From contig OZ025784.1 of NCBI GenBank assembly GCA_964019425.1, forward strand, positions 1,612,001 through 1,676,000: DNA of 64,000 nt, in the 5' to 3' direction. The first letter of the stretch is position 1. Each line of letters opens with the position of its first letter. Both the position numbers and the translations under genes were made by a program. This document shows positions 11,989-24,576 of this stretch, piece by piece. Under the pieces are notes generated by a model. The model saw only the letters and a list, made by a program, of their open reading frames with translations. It ran no database searches and was not told the DNA's origin. This DNA is from Flectonema sp. DT1601 (lineage: Eukaryota).

Positions 11989-13605
11989 ATGCAGCATACT
12001 GATATTAACATCTCTTTAGAACCGTACCGTCAAACTCTGAGTGAATTAACTTCAAGAAGGAACAAAGAGATGAAAGAAGTCATGCGATTTACTGAATACG
12101 AAAGTGAGAATACAACAAACAAAACAAATGGTAAGATGATGAAGAAGTTTAAAAGTGAAGAATGGAATCAAATTGAGAAATACTTGAAAGAGACGATGCT
12201 TCACAATACAACATACGACTATGGAGGGTTATTAAAGAACAAGAACACTAACTCGACTATCACTACCAGTAGTAAGTTAAACAGCATGCATGATAAAAAT
12301 AGACACCATCAGCAATTATCATACTTCGCAACCGGAAATGAAGTTTTTGTTTTTCCAGATAGAATGACGAGAGAAGGAGTGACGAGAGAGATTGTTAATA
12401 GGAGACTGCGATACCTTGCTGAGCAACCAAAGAAACTCTGGCCAAGAGGAAGACCAATGAATCATAAAAGTGATATTTTAGATCGAAACATCAACAAACA
12501 AGTAGCTCCTCTGTCTTCTATTCTACAGCAACGAATTGAAAGATGTAAACAGTCAAAAGATTATCAAAAAGAAGTTAGGAAACGTCATCAACAACAATTA
12601 GAATCCCGTGAGAGGAATCTTATTCAAAAACTATCAGACAAAGCTATGAAGTGTTGTAAAGATGACCTACAGCAGAAGAGATCACGATGTGAAAGCTGGT
12701 TGAAAACAATACAAAGCATCAACTCAATGGCGACCGTAAGGATTATTATCCAGTACAACAGAGCGCTGGTGGGAATCCGAGAACGTGAAGAAAAAACCGT
12801 GAGAAACGCAAGAAAGAGATTGATGGATCCGGTAACAGAAAGACGACGAGTCATGAGCAGGGAATTAATTACGAAATTAACAAGAAAAGTAAAACCAGTT
12901 CTGGGGTTGTTCAGAAATGTTAAACAACTGAATGATAGTATTAATATTGTGAAAGCATCATTTAACAACAGAGGACTATGTAAGTACAGAATTAGATTAT
13001 TTGTAAGACACGTTATATCATTACAAAGGTTCGCAAGGAGGTTACGAAGAACAAACAAAGCCAGACTCGCTCTTTTCATCGTTCAGTTTAACTCATTGGA
13101 AGCAGCAGTTCTAAAGGCTGACTCATCCCCTGGAGGAGGAGGTGGAGGAGGAGTTCTGTCTCCAGGGATACTACATTCGGTGAAAAGGAAAGTTCTTGAA
13201 TCTGAAATCACAGAACTACTGACGGTGTATAAACTTGCTTTGGGAATGTGGAAACAATGTGGTGATGTTGCTCGCAGGAACCTTCAAGAAGTTGAACATT
13301 CACTCAGAGCTCGTTTTTTGTTGGGATCTTCCAACAGCTGTGATGTGAACAACAGTCATCCTGCAATCCCTCACTTGGTCAGAATCTTACCTTCGACTAT
13401 AATGCAAGATATCATTCTTAAAGCAGCCCGAGTACAAAACGAAGTGGAGTCAAACTGGGAAGTTGACCCTCACATTAGCAAACATAACATTATAAAAGAA
13501 AGACAACAATGCATAACAAATATTTACTATTCTGAGAAGAAGAAGGAACAATTATTTCTGGAAAAGGTCGACGTGGGATTAAGGAAATATGGAAGTTCAC
13601 TTTAG
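11989..13605 (+). CDS. Basic coiled-coil protein with IQ-like motif, 538 aa, copy A
   Basis: Long ORF with VISLQRFARRLRR (IQ-like) and a Gly7 tract. An AG immediately upstream means further 5' exons are possible. Confidence 0.75.
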   Translation: MQHTDINISLEPYRQTLSELTSRRNKEMKEVMRFTEYESENTTNKTNGKMMKKFKSEEWNQIEKYLKETMLHNTTYDYGGLLKNKNTNSTITTSSKLNSMHDKNRHHQQLSYFATGNEVFVFPDRMTREGVTREIVNRRLRYLAEQPKKLWPRGRPMNHKSDILDRNINKQVAPLSSILQQRIERCKQSKDYQKEVRKRHQQQLESRERNLIQKLSDKAMKCCKDDLQQKRSRCESWLKTIQSINSMATVRIIIQYNRALVGIREREEKTVRNARKRLMDPVTERRRVMSRELITKLTRKVKPVLGLFRNVKQLNDSINIVKASFNNRGLCKYRIRLFVRHVISLQRFARRLRRTNKARLALFIVQFNSLEAAVLKADSSPGGGGGGGVLSPGILHSVKRKVLESEITELLTVYKLALGMWKQCGDVARRNLQEVEHSLRARFLLGSSNSCDVNNSHPAIPHLVRILPSTIMQDIILKAARVQNEVESNWEVDPHISKHNIIKERQQCITNIYYSEKKKEQLFLEKVDVGLRKYGSSL

Positions 13606-14045
13606 TGAGAACCCACAAAGATGTTTTTATTCTCCTTCTTTCAGACTTTCTTATTTTACACCTATTTTGTAATAATCGTAATTGTTAGTAATGAATTGAT
13701 AAATAATATATATTTTTTTTCAGTCAAAACAAAGTAATGTAAATTGTTTACAGATGGCAGCTGAAGAGTGAGGAACTGATTGTTTGTTTTTTCTTCATAT
13801 TTGGATTCTCTGAGTTAGTGTTATCGAGTAGCATTCTAACATCTCGTGGAATACAATCAGATTCCTAATTGATCGTCTCTCAGCTAATTTAATGAATTGG
13901 TTCACAGATGATGACAAAAGAACAAAGCTAATTTAACTCTGTTGGAGAACTGTTGACCGCAGAGTAAGTAATCGGAGGCATTTTATGATCCTGTTCTGGT
14001 TGTGGGAAATCTAATTTCTAATTACCTTCTGCAGCACACACTGTG

Positions 14046-15943
14046 ATGAATAAGTTGCTGCGATTTCGAAAACCGTACGTTGGGACCCCGTCAGCACTGC
14101 ATGCGAAGATTCTAATTGACGGAAGGTTTGCCTGTTGGGTGTTTTGATTTCTGTATTCGCAATACTTCGTACTTGTGTTCCCTGACAAAGTTTCTTCTTC
14201 AAATTTATTTTGTTCCTTTTTTGTCGTGAGGGCATTCGAGTGTTCGTTGTTTTCACTTTGTTGCACATCTTTGAAGAACTTGTCTGTCCTCATCAACACA
14301 CAAACAGTGTTCCTTATTTGAAGACTATTGAGAAGTTGAATGAAAAAGGTTTTGATGGCAGTTACCACCAGGTGTTGATCTCTTCTTCTGTTTTAGTTCT
14401 CTTTTCTGTTAATCTCACATTGCAACCTCCGAGTGCAATGCAGCCAACTGAGTGTTGACAACCACTTCAATACCTCACTCAATCAGATTCATCATGCACG
14501 TAGTCTACAGCGAGCACAAGTTGGCAGCGAGAAGACACTCGCTGATTGGAAGGTTGGTAAGTTCCCCACGAAAGATGTTTTGTGTGAGAGGAAACCTTAC
14601 GTTGGGAAGCCATCGAAGGAACATGAAAGGATTCTGATTGACAAAAGGTATTCTTTTGTTTGAATTGAAAGCACTCCTGTTGTGCAACTAGCAATCGAAT
14701 ACCACAACTGAATACTAATTACAGCGTTTCGTATGCAGAGACGGGTCGTAGGTTGGATGCCATGGGATATGATGGGAATTACAATCAGGTGTGTGTCTGT
14801 ACTGTTGGTGTTGATTTGCTGTCAAACGTTGAGGAATTGATTTGGAGTAGAGTCTGCAATGTTTCTAAATTAGTAAAACTGTTTAGCAATTCATCTTATT
14901 GCTTCTCAGCTTTGAACGATTTAAATAACTTTAAACTGAATCAGATAACAACTGCGAGACAGAAACAGTTTGCGGGAGTTGGTATGTACGCACAACGAGA
15001 GTCTATCAAAATTGTCTTATCGAAGAGGAAACCTTACGTTGGGAAGCCATCGAAGGAACATGAAAGGATTCTGATTGACAAAAGGTATTCTTTTGTTTGA
15101 ATTGAAAGCACTCCTGTTGTGCAACTAGCAATCGAATACCACAACTGAATACTAATTACAGCGTTTCGTATGCAGAGACGGGTCGTAGGTTGGATGCCAT
15201 GGGATATGATGGGAATTATAATCAGGTGTGTGTTTGCTGTACCGTGGGAATGTGTTTCTTTCATTACTCTTCTTTGTTAAAGGAAACAACAACAGATACG
15301 CAAAGCTCGTTGTAATCATCTAAGAGCTCCAGTCGTTATGTCTCGACAGTCTAGTTCTCGATGTTTAGGAACTGCTGCTCGTAGTTGGTCTCCTTCCATC
15401 AACTTCGTTGGGAAGACGAGGGATGGCGGGGAGTACCTGGTGGTGGTTGGGACGGGGATCACGGAGCTGACGAGCTGCAGGGTGGATGGAAAGACTGATG
15501 CGGCTGTGCACGTGACGGTGTGTCAGAATCTGAAGGGAGAGGACGTGGAGTTGGAGGCGGGGGAGTACACCAACTCGGTATGTGAATCCTCATAATGAAT
15601 AGCATTGTGTGCACTGTGTGGTGATGTTGGAGCAGAAATGCCATCCGTGGGTGTTTGCCTGAGAATAGAAAGGTTGGAAGAAGAAAACAATTCACAGCGG
15701 AGGCTGCCCTCAGGGATCTTGCCGGAAGCAGGTGGGAAGTGCCGAGTGAGGATCGAAGGAGGTGTGGCGATGTTGAGGATCCCCATCGTGAAAGACGTTT
15801 TGTCTGTTCCGCAGGTGGTGGAGGTGGTTGAGGGTAGGAAGGGTGTGAGGAGTTGGGAGGAGTTGCTGGAGGAAGTAGTACCAGAGGTAGTGCTGAAGGA
15901 AGAAGTGATGAAAGCATCCGTCCCTGTTGATGAGGAGTCTTGA
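14046..15943 (+). CDS. HTH-like repeat + alpha-crystallin-like protein, copy 3 (3 repeats)
   Basis: Variable exons start at 14487 (YHQ|IHHARS), 14945 (YNQ|ITTARQ) and 15296 (YNQ|IRKARC); the frame is preserved. Confidence 0.8.
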
Positions 15944-16263
15944 CAGGTCACTCTGATTCCTATTTGATGAACCATCTCTCATAGTTCCCTTGTGTTGAAT
16001 GTTGACCTCTTTTAGTATTACTTGAATCTTTGTTATCAACAGGGAGTACAACATCATAATGTAAATAGTACTTGAGTAGTGAAGTAAAGGATTACAAGAA
16101 TAATGATTGAGAATAGTTCTGTAGAATAACCAAAAGGTTTAAAGTTCTTTAATATCAATTTCTTAATAAATAGGAGTTCACAGTACTTCTCAAGGGAAGA
16201 AGATGATGATGATGATGATGATGATGATGTATTATAAAGAAACAATAAAATAAAACAATAGAT

Positions 16264-17910
16264 ATGCAGCATACTGATATTAACATCTCTTTAGAACCGT
16301 ACCGTCAAACTCTGAGTGAATTAACTTCAAGAAGGAACAAAGAGATGAAAGAAGTCATGCGATTTACTGAATACGAAAGTGAGAATACAACAAACAAAAC
16401 AAATGGTAAGATGATGAAGAAGTTTAAAAGTGAAGAATGGAATCAAATTGAGAAATACTTGAAAGAGACGATGCTTCACAATACAACATACGACTATGGA
16501 GGGTTATTAAAGAACAAGAACACTAACTCGACTATCACTACCAGTAGTAAGTTAAACAGCATGCATGATAAAAATAGACACCATCAGCAATTATCATACT
16601 TCGCAACCGGAAATGAAGTTTTTGTTTTTCCAGATAGAATGACGAGAGAAGGAGTGACGAGAGAGATTGTTAATAGGAGACTGCGATACCTTGCTGAGCA
16701 ACCAAAGAAACTCTGGCCAAGAGGAAGACCAATGAATCATAAAAGTGATATTTTAGATCGAAACATCAACAAACAAGTAGCTCCTCTGTCTTCTATTCTA
16801 CAGCAACGAATTGAAAGATGTAAACAGTCAAAAGATTATCAAAAAGAAGTTAGGAAACGTCATCAACAACAATTAGAATCCCGTGAGAGGAATCTTATTC
16901 AAAAACTATCAGACAAAGTTATGAAGTGTTGTAAAGATGACCTACAGCAGAAGAGATCACGATGTGAAAGCTGGTTGAAAACAATACAAAGCATCAACTC
17001 AATGGCGACAGTAAGGATTATTATCCAGTACAACAGAGCGCTGGTGGGAATCCGAGAACGTGAAGAAAAAACCGTGAGAAACGCAAGAAAGAGATTGATG
17101 GATCCGGTAACAGAAAGACGACGAGTCATGAGCAGGGAATTAATTACGAAATTAACAAGAAAAGTAAAACCAGTTCTGGGGTTGTTCAGAAATGTTAAAC
17201 AACTGAATGATAGTATTAATATTGTGAAAGCATCATTTAACAACAGAGGACTATGTAAGTACAGAATTAGATTATTTGTAAGACACGTTATATCATTACA
17301 AAGGTTCGCAAGGAGGTTACGAAGAACAAACAAAGCCAGACTCGCTCTTTTCATCGTTCAGTTTAACTCATTGGAAGCAGCAGTTCTAAAGGCTGACTCA
17401 TCCCCTGGAGGAGGAGGTGGAGGAGGAGGAGGAGGTGGAGGAGGAGGTGGAGGAGGAGTTCTGTCTCCAGGGATACTACATTCGGTGAAAAGGAAAGTTC
17501 TTGAATCTGAAATCACAGAACTACTGACGGTGTATAAACTTGCTTTGGGAATGTGGAAACAATGTGGTGATGTTGCTCGCAGGAACCTTCAAGAAGTTGA
17601 ACATTCGCTCAGAGCTCGTTTTTTGTTGGGATCTTCCAACAGCTGTGATGTGAACAACAGTCATCCTGCAATCCCTCACTTGGTCAGAATCTTACCTTCG
17701 ACTATAATGCAAGATATCATTCTTAAAGCAGCCCGAGTACAAAACGAAGTGGAGTCAAACTGGGAAGTTGACCCTCACATTAGCAAACATAACATTATAA
17801 AAGAAAGACAACAATGCATAACAAATATTTACTATTCTGAGAAGAAGAAGGAACAATTATTTCTGGAAAAGGTCGACGTGGGATTAAGGAAATATGGAAG
17901 TTCACTTTAG
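16264..17910 (+). CDS. Coiled-coil/IQ-like protein, copy B (548 aa, Gly17)
   Basis: Nearly identical to 11989-13605, with a 10-codon poly-Gly expansion. Confidence 0.75.
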   Translation: MQHTDINISLEPYRQTLSELTSRRNKEMKEVMRFTEYESENTTNKTNGKMMKKFKSEEWNQIEKYLKETMLHNTTYDYGGLLKNKNTNSTITTSSKLNSMHDKNRHHQQLSYFATGNEVFVFPDRMTREGVTREIVNRRLRYLAEQPKKLWPRGRPMNHKSDILDRNINKQVAPLSSILQQRIERCKQSKDYQKEVRKRHQQQLESRERNLIQKLSDKVMKCCKDDLQQKRSRCESWLKTIQSINSMATVRIIIQYNRALVGIREREEKTVRNARKRLMDPVTERRRVMSRELITKLTRKVKPVLGLFRNVKQLNDSINIVKASFNNRGLCKYRIRLFVRHVISLQRFARRLRRTNKARLALFIVQFNSLEAAVLKADSSPGGGGGGGGGGGGGGGGGVLSPGILHSVKRKVLESEITELLTVYKLALGMWKQCGDVARRNLQEVEHSLRARFLLGSSNSCDVNNSHPAIPHLVRILPSTIMQDIILKAARVQNEVESNWEVDPHISKHNIIKERQQCITNIYYSEKKKEQLFLEKVDVGLRKYGSSL

Positions 17911-18347
17911 TGAGAACCCACAAAGATGTTTTTATTCTCCTTCTTTCAGACTTTCTTATTTTACACCTATTTTGTAATAATCGTAATTGTTAGTAATGAA
18001 TTGACAAATAATATATTTTTTTCAGTCAAAACAAAGTAATGTAAATTGTTTACAGATGGCAGCTGAAGAGTGAGGAACTGATTGTTTGTTTTTTCTTCAT
18101 ATTTGGATTCTCTGAGTTAGTGTTATCGAGTAGCATTCTAACATCTCGTGGAATACAATCAGATTCCTAATTGATCCTCTCACAGCTAATTTAATGAATT
18201 GGTTCACAGATGATGACAAAAGAACAAAGCTAATTCAACTCTGTTAGAGAACTGTTGACCGCAGAGTAAGTAATCGGAGGCATTGTATGATTCTGTTCTG
18301 GTGGTGGGAAATCTAATTTCTAATTACCTTCTGCAGCACACACTGTG

Positions 18348-19807
18348 ATGAATAAGTTGCTGCGATTTCGAAAACCGTACGTTGGGACCCCGTCAGCACT
18401 GCATGCGAAGATTCTAATTGACAGAAGGTTTGCCTGTTGGGTGTTTTGATTTCTGTATTTGCAATACTTCGTACTTGTGTTCCCTGACAAAGTTTTTTCT
18501 TCAAATTTATTTTGTTCCTTTTTTGTCGTGAGGGCATTCGAGTGTTGGTTGTTTTCACTTTGTTGCACATCTTTGAAGAACTTGTCTGTCCTCATCAACA
18601 CACAAACAGTGTTCCTTATTTGAAGACTATTGAGAAGTTGGGTGAAAAAGGTTTTGATGGCAGTTACCACCAGGTGTTGATCTCTTCTTCTGTTTTAGTT
18701 CTCTTTTCTGTGAATCTCACATTGCAACCTCCGAGTGCAATGCAGCCAACTGAGTGTTGACAACCACTTCAATACCTCACTCAATCAGATTCTTAAGGCA
18801 CGTAGTCTACAGCGAGCACCAGTTGGCACAGAGAAGGCACTCGCTGATTGGAAGGTTGGTAAGTTCCCCATAAGAGAAGTTTTGTCTGAGAGGAAACCTT
18901 ACGTTGGGAAGCCATCGAAGGAACATGAAAGGATTCTGATTGACAAAAGGTATTCTTTTGATTGAATTGAAAGCACTCCTGTTGTGCAACTGGCAATCGA
19001 ATACCACAACTGAATACTAATTACAGTGTTTCGATTGCAGAGACGGGTCGTAGGTTGGATGCCATGGGATATGATGGGAATTACAATCAGGTGTGTGTTT
19101 GTTGTACCGTGAGAAGGTAGTGTGTGTGTCATGTTTCATTACTCTTCTTTGTTGAGGAAATAACGACAGATAAGAAATTGTCGTTTTAATCAAAGGGTCG
19201 GTATGTCTCGACAGACTAATTCTCGATGTTCAGGAACTGCTACTCGTAGTTGGTCTCCTTCCATCAACTTCGTTGGGAAAACGAGAGATGGCGGGGAGTA
19301 CCTGGTGGTGGTTGGGACGGGGATCACGGATCTGAAGAGCTGCAGGGTGGATGGAAAGACTGATGCGGCTGTGCACGTGACGGTGTGTCAGAATCTGAAG
19401 GGAGAGGACGTGGAGTTGGAGGAGGGGGAGTACACCAACTCGGTATGTGAATCCTCATAATGAATAGCATTGTGTGCACTGCGTGGTGATGTTGGAGCAG
19501 AAATGCCATCCGTGGTGTTTGCCTGAGAATAGAAAGGTAGAATCAAGAAAACAATTCACAGCGGAGGCTGCCCTCAGGGATCTTGCCGGAAGCAGGTGGG
19601 AAGTGCCGAGTGAGGATCGAAGGAGGTGTGGCGATGTTGAGGATCCCCATCGTGAAAGACGTTTTATCTGTTCCGCAGGTGGTGGAGGTGGTTGAGGGTG
19701 GGAAGGGTGTGAGGAGTTGGGAGGAGTTGCTGGAGGAAGTAGTACCAGAGGTAGTGCTGAAGGAAGAAGTGATGAAAGCATCCGTCCCTGTTGATGAGGA
19801 GTCTTGA
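18348..19807 (+). CDS. HTH-like repeat + alpha-crystallin-like protein, copy 4 (2 repeats)
   Basis: Variable exons start at 18789 (YHQ|ILKARS) and 19170 (YNQ|IRNCRF). Confidence 0.8.
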
Positions 19808-20112
19808 CAGGACACTCTGATTCCTATTTGATGAACCATCTCTCATAGTTCCCTTGTGTTGAATGTTGACCTCTTTTAGTATTACTTGAATCTTTGTTAT
19901 CAACAGGGAGTACAACATCATAATGTAAATAGTACTTGAGTAGTGATGTAAAGGATTACAAGAATAATGATTGAGAATAGTTCTGTAGAATAACCAAAAG
20001 GTTTAAAGTTCTTTAATATCAATTTCTTAATAAATAGGAGTTCAAAGTACTTCTCAAGGGAAGATGATAATGATGATGTATTATAAAGAAACAATAAAAT
20101 AAAACAATAGAT

Positions 20113-21729
20113 ATGCAGCATACTGATATTAACATCTCTTTAGAACCGTACCGTCAAACTCTGAGTGAATTAACTTCAAGAAGGAACAAAGAGATGAAAG
20201 AAGTCATGCGATTTACTGAATACGAAAGTGAGAATACAACAAACACAACAAATGGTAAGATGATGAAGAAGTTTAAAAGTGAAGAATGGAATCAAATTGA
20301 GAAATACTTGAAAGAGACGATGCTTCACAATACAACATACGACTATGGAGGGTTATTAAAGAACAAGAACACTAACTCGACTATCACTACCAGTAGTAAG
20401 TTAAACAGCATGCATGATAAAAACAGACACCATCAGCAATTATCATACTTCGCAACCGGAAATGAAGTTTTCGTTTTTCCAGATAGAATGACGAGAGAAG
20501 GAGTGACGAGAGAGATTGTTAATAGGAGACTGCGATACCTTGCTGAGCAACCAAAGAAACTCTGGCCAAGAGGAAGACCAATGAATCATAAAAGTGATAT
20601 TTTAGATCGAAACATCAACAAACAAGTAGCTCCTCTGTCTTCTATTCTACAGCAACGAATTGAAAGATGTAAACAGTCAAAAGATTATCAAAAAGAAGTT
20701 AGGAAACGTCATCAACAACAATTAGAATCCCGTGAGAGGAATCTTATTCAAAAACTATCAGACAAAGTTATGAAGTGTTGTAAAGATGACCTACAGCAGA
20801 AGAGATCACGATGTGAAAGCTGGTTGAAAACAATACAAAGCATCAACTCAATGGCGACAGTAAGGATTATTATCCAGTACAACAGAGCGCTGGTGGGAAT
20901 CCGAGAACGTGAAGAAAAAACCGTGAGAAACGCAAGAAAGAGATTGATGGATCCGGTAACAGAAAGACGACGAGTCATGAGCAGGGAATTAATTACGAAA
21001 TTAACAAGAAAAGTAAAACCAGTTCTGGGGTTGTTCAGAAATGTTAAACAACTGAATGATAGTATTAATATTGTGAAAGCATCATTTAACAACAGAGGAC
21101 TATGTAAGTACAGAATTAGATTATTTGTAAGACACGTTATATCATTACAAAGGTTCGCAAGGAGGTTACGAAGAACAAACAAAGCCAGACTCGCTCTTTT
21201 CATCGTTCAGTTTAACTCATTGGAAGCAGCAGTTCTAAAGGCTGACTCATCCCCTGGAGGAGGAGGTGGAGGAGGAGTTCTGTCTCCAGGGATACTACAT
21301 TCGGTGAAAAGGAAAGTTCTTGAATCTGAAATCACAGAACTACTGACGGTGTATAAACTTGCTTTGGGAATGTGGAAACAATGTGGTGATGTTGCTCGCA
21401 GGAACCTTCAAGAAGTTGAACATTCACTCAGAGCTCGTTTTTTGTTGGGATCTTCCAACAGCTGTGATGTGAACAACAGTCATCCTGCAATCCCTCACTT
21501 GGTCAGAATCTTACCTTCGACTATAATGCAAGATATCATTCTTAAAGCAGCCCGAGTACAAAACGAAGTGGAGTCAAACTGGGAAGTTGACCCTCACATT
21601 AGCAAACATAACATTATAAAAGAAAGACAACAATGCATAACAAATATTTACTATTCTGAGAAGAAGAAGGAACAATTATTTCTGGAAAAGGTCGACGTGG
21701 GATTAAGGAAATATGGAAGTTCACTTTAG
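20113..21729 (+). CDS. Coiled-coil/IQ-like protein, copy C (538 aa)
   Basis: About two amino-acid differences from copy A. Confidence 0.75.
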   Translation: MQHTDINISLEPYRQTLSELTSRRNKEMKEVMRFTEYESENTTNTTNGKMMKKFKSEEWNQIEKYLKETMLHNTTYDYGGLLKNKNTNSTITTSSKLNSMHDKNRHHQQLSYFATGNEVFVFPDRMTREGVTREIVNRRLRYLAEQPKKLWPRGRPMNHKSDILDRNINKQVAPLSSILQQRIERCKQSKDYQKEVRKRHQQQLESRERNLIQKLSDKVMKCCKDDLQQKRSRCESWLKTIQSINSMATVRIIIQYNRALVGIREREEKTVRNARKRLMDPVTERRRVMSRELITKLTRKVKPVLGLFRNVKQLNDSINIVKASFNNRGLCKYRIRLFVRHVISLQRFARRLRRTNKARLALFIVQFNSLEAAVLKADSSPGGGGGGGVLSPGILHSVKRKVLESEITELLTVYKLALGMWKQCGDVARRNLQEVEHSLRARFLLGSSNSCDVNNSHPAIPHLVRILPSTIMQDIILKAARVQNEVESNWEVDPHISKHNIIKERQQCITNIYYSEKKKEQLFLEKVDVGLRKYGSSL

Positions 21730-22165
21730 TGAGAACCCACAAAGATGTTTTTATTCTCCTTCTTTCAGACTTTCTTATTTACACCTATTTTGTAATAATC
21801 GTAATTGTTAGTAATGAATTGACAAATAATAATATTTTTTCAGTCAAAAAAAAGTAATGTAAATTGTTTACAGATGGCAGCTGAAGAGTGAGGAACTGAT
21901 TGTTTGTTTTTTCTTCATATTTGGATTCTCTGAGTTAGTGTTATCGAGTAGCATTCTAACATCTCGTGGAATACAATCAGATTCCTAATTGATCCTCTCA
22001 CAGCTCATTTAGTGAATTGGTTCACAGATGATGACAAAAGAACAAAGCTAATTCAACTCTGTTGGAGAACTGTTGACCGCAGAGTAAGTAATCGGAGGCA
22101 TTTTATGATTCTGTTCTGGTTGTGGGAAATCTAATTTCTAATTACCTTCTGCAGCACACACTGTG

Positions 22166-23621
22166 ATGAATAAGTTGCTGCGATTTAGAAAACCGTACGT
22201 TGGGACCCCGTCAGCACTGCATGCGAAAATTCTAATTGACAGAAGGTTTGCCTGTTGGGTGTTTTGATTTCTGTATTTGCAATACTTCGTACTTGTGTTC
22301 CCTGACAAAGTTTCTTCTTTAACTTTTTTTGTTCCCTTTTTTGTCGTGAGGGCATTCGAGTGTTGGTTGTTTTCACTTTGTTGCACATCTTTGAAGAACT
22401 TATCTGTCCTCATCAACACACAAACAGTGTTCCTTATTTGAAGACTATTGAGAAGTTGAATGAAAAAGGTTTTGATGGCAGTTACGACCAGGTGTTGATC
22501 TCTTCTTCTGTTTTAGTTCTCTTTTCTGTGAATCTCACATTGCAACCTCCGAGTGCAATGCAGCCAACTGAGTGTTGACAACCACTTCAATACCTCACTC
22601 AATTAGATTCAACAAGCACGTAGGCTGCAGCGAGCAGTAGTTGGCACAGAGAAAACAGTCGCTGATTGGAAGGTTGGTAAGTTCCATGCAAGAGATGTTT
22701 TGTTTGAGAGGAAAGGTTACGTTGGGAAGCCATCGAAGGAACATGAAAGGATTCTGATTGACAAAAGGTATTCTTTTGTTTGAATTGAAAGCACTCCTGT
22801 TGTGCAACTGGCAATCGAATACCACAACTGAATACTAATTACAGCGTTTCGATTGCAGAGACGGGTCGTAGGTTGGATGCCATGGGATATGATGGGAATT
22901 ACCATCAGGTTTGTGTTTGCTGTAGTGAGAATGTGTTGTCAGTTTCATCTTTCATCAGTGTGGTAATTAATCACAGATTCACAAAGCTCGTTGTAATCAA
23001 AGAGCTCCAGTCGGTATGTCCCAACAGACTAATACTCGATGTTCAGGAACTGCTACTCGTAGTTGGTCTCCTTCCATCAACTTCGTTGGGAAGACGAGGG
23101 ATGGCGGGGAGTACCTGGTGGTAGTTGGAACGGGGAACACGGATCTGACGAGCTGCAGGGTGGATGGAAAGACTGATGCGGCTGTGCACGTGACGGTGTG
23201 TCAGAATCTGAAGGGAGAGGACGTGGAGTTGGAGGCGGGGGAGTACACCAACTCGGTATGTGAATCCTCATAATGAATAGCATTGTGTGCACTGTGTGGT
23301 GATGTTGGCGCAGAAATGCCATCCGTGGGTGTTTGCCTGAGAATAGAAAGGCAGGAAGAAGAAAACAATTCACAGCGGAGGCTGCCCTCAGGGATCTTGC
23401 CGGTAGCAGGTGGGAAGTGCCGAGTGAGGATCGAAGGAGGTGTGGCGATGTTGAGGATTCCCATCGTGAAAGACGTTTTGTCTGTTCCGCAGGTGGTGGA
23501 GGTGGTTGAGGGTGGGAAGGGTGTGAGGAGTTGGGAGGAGTTGCTGGAAGAAGTAGTACCAGAGGTAGTGCTGAAGGAAGAAGTGATGAAAGCATCCGTC
23601 CCTGTTAATGAGGAGTCTTGA
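22166..23621 (+). CDS. HTH-like repeat + alpha-crystallin-like protein, copy 5 (2 repeats)
   Basis: Variable exons start at 22607 (YDQ|IQQARR) and 22977 (YHQ|IHKARC). Confidence 0.8.
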
Positions 23622-24576
23622 CAGGACACTCTGATTCCTATTTGATGAACCATCTCTCATAGTTCCCTTGTGTTGAATGTTGACCTCTTTTAGTATTACT
23701 TGAATCTTTGTTATCAACAGGGAGTACAACATCATAATGTAAATAGTACTTGAGTAGTGAAGTAAAGGATTACAGAGGGTGTTGAAACTTTTCTAATTTA
23801 AGATTTTCGAATTGTTATTTAATTCTTATTTTCTTCAACAAGATTTGTAATCTGAAGATTTCAATGGATGAAATTAAAATCTTTCAGTGAGTATCAATTG
23901 GTGGACGAGTCTGGTCATCACCCCGCTCTTTGGTGATGTTCTTAGCAAGAAAGTTAAGAATATTTAGCAGAAAGAAGTTTTTCTAATTCATGAGATTGTG
24001 TTTTTTGTGTAGCTCACTTAAATTGAGCATTATTCTGTCGAGAACTTTGTGTTCGCTTATGTCGTCTTTGTCTAGAAAGTAATTCTACGGATTAAGAATG
24101 ATGACCAATACTTGTAATTGAGGTTTACGATGAGAAGAGTGAAGACTTCCACTTTGAAGTAGTATCTGTTACGGAAAGTATTCTTAAAGTTCTCACTCCT
24201 CATCTTTAACATGAACTGGATTTCATTTTCTTTTTTCAGAACTTCTCTCTTTTCCTAAATAACATTACAACCTGAGAGTGAATGTACGAAGATGATTAAA
24301 TTAGAAGAGAGTTGTGAACTATCAAAGTATTCTAAACCTGTTCATTGACTTCATCATAGCAGTGATCAATTGTACTCTGAACACTACACTATCAAAGAAG
24401 GAAAGGTTTGAAAGTTCTTTAAATAACATTTACCTCACTTCAGGTGTGAAAAGGTCATGTTGTGTGTAACATTATCGTAGCTGCTTGCTGACTTCCATTT
24501 AGTTATGAAGTTGAGAATTGAGAGAAGTGTTTTGTACATAATTCCACATCAGCTGCTTTGGTTATATAAAGTGGAA

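Noticed and set aside
12624..13079. 151-aa minus-strand ORF (and its copies)
   Set aside because: Fully antisense to the 538-aa gene, with no recognisable motif.
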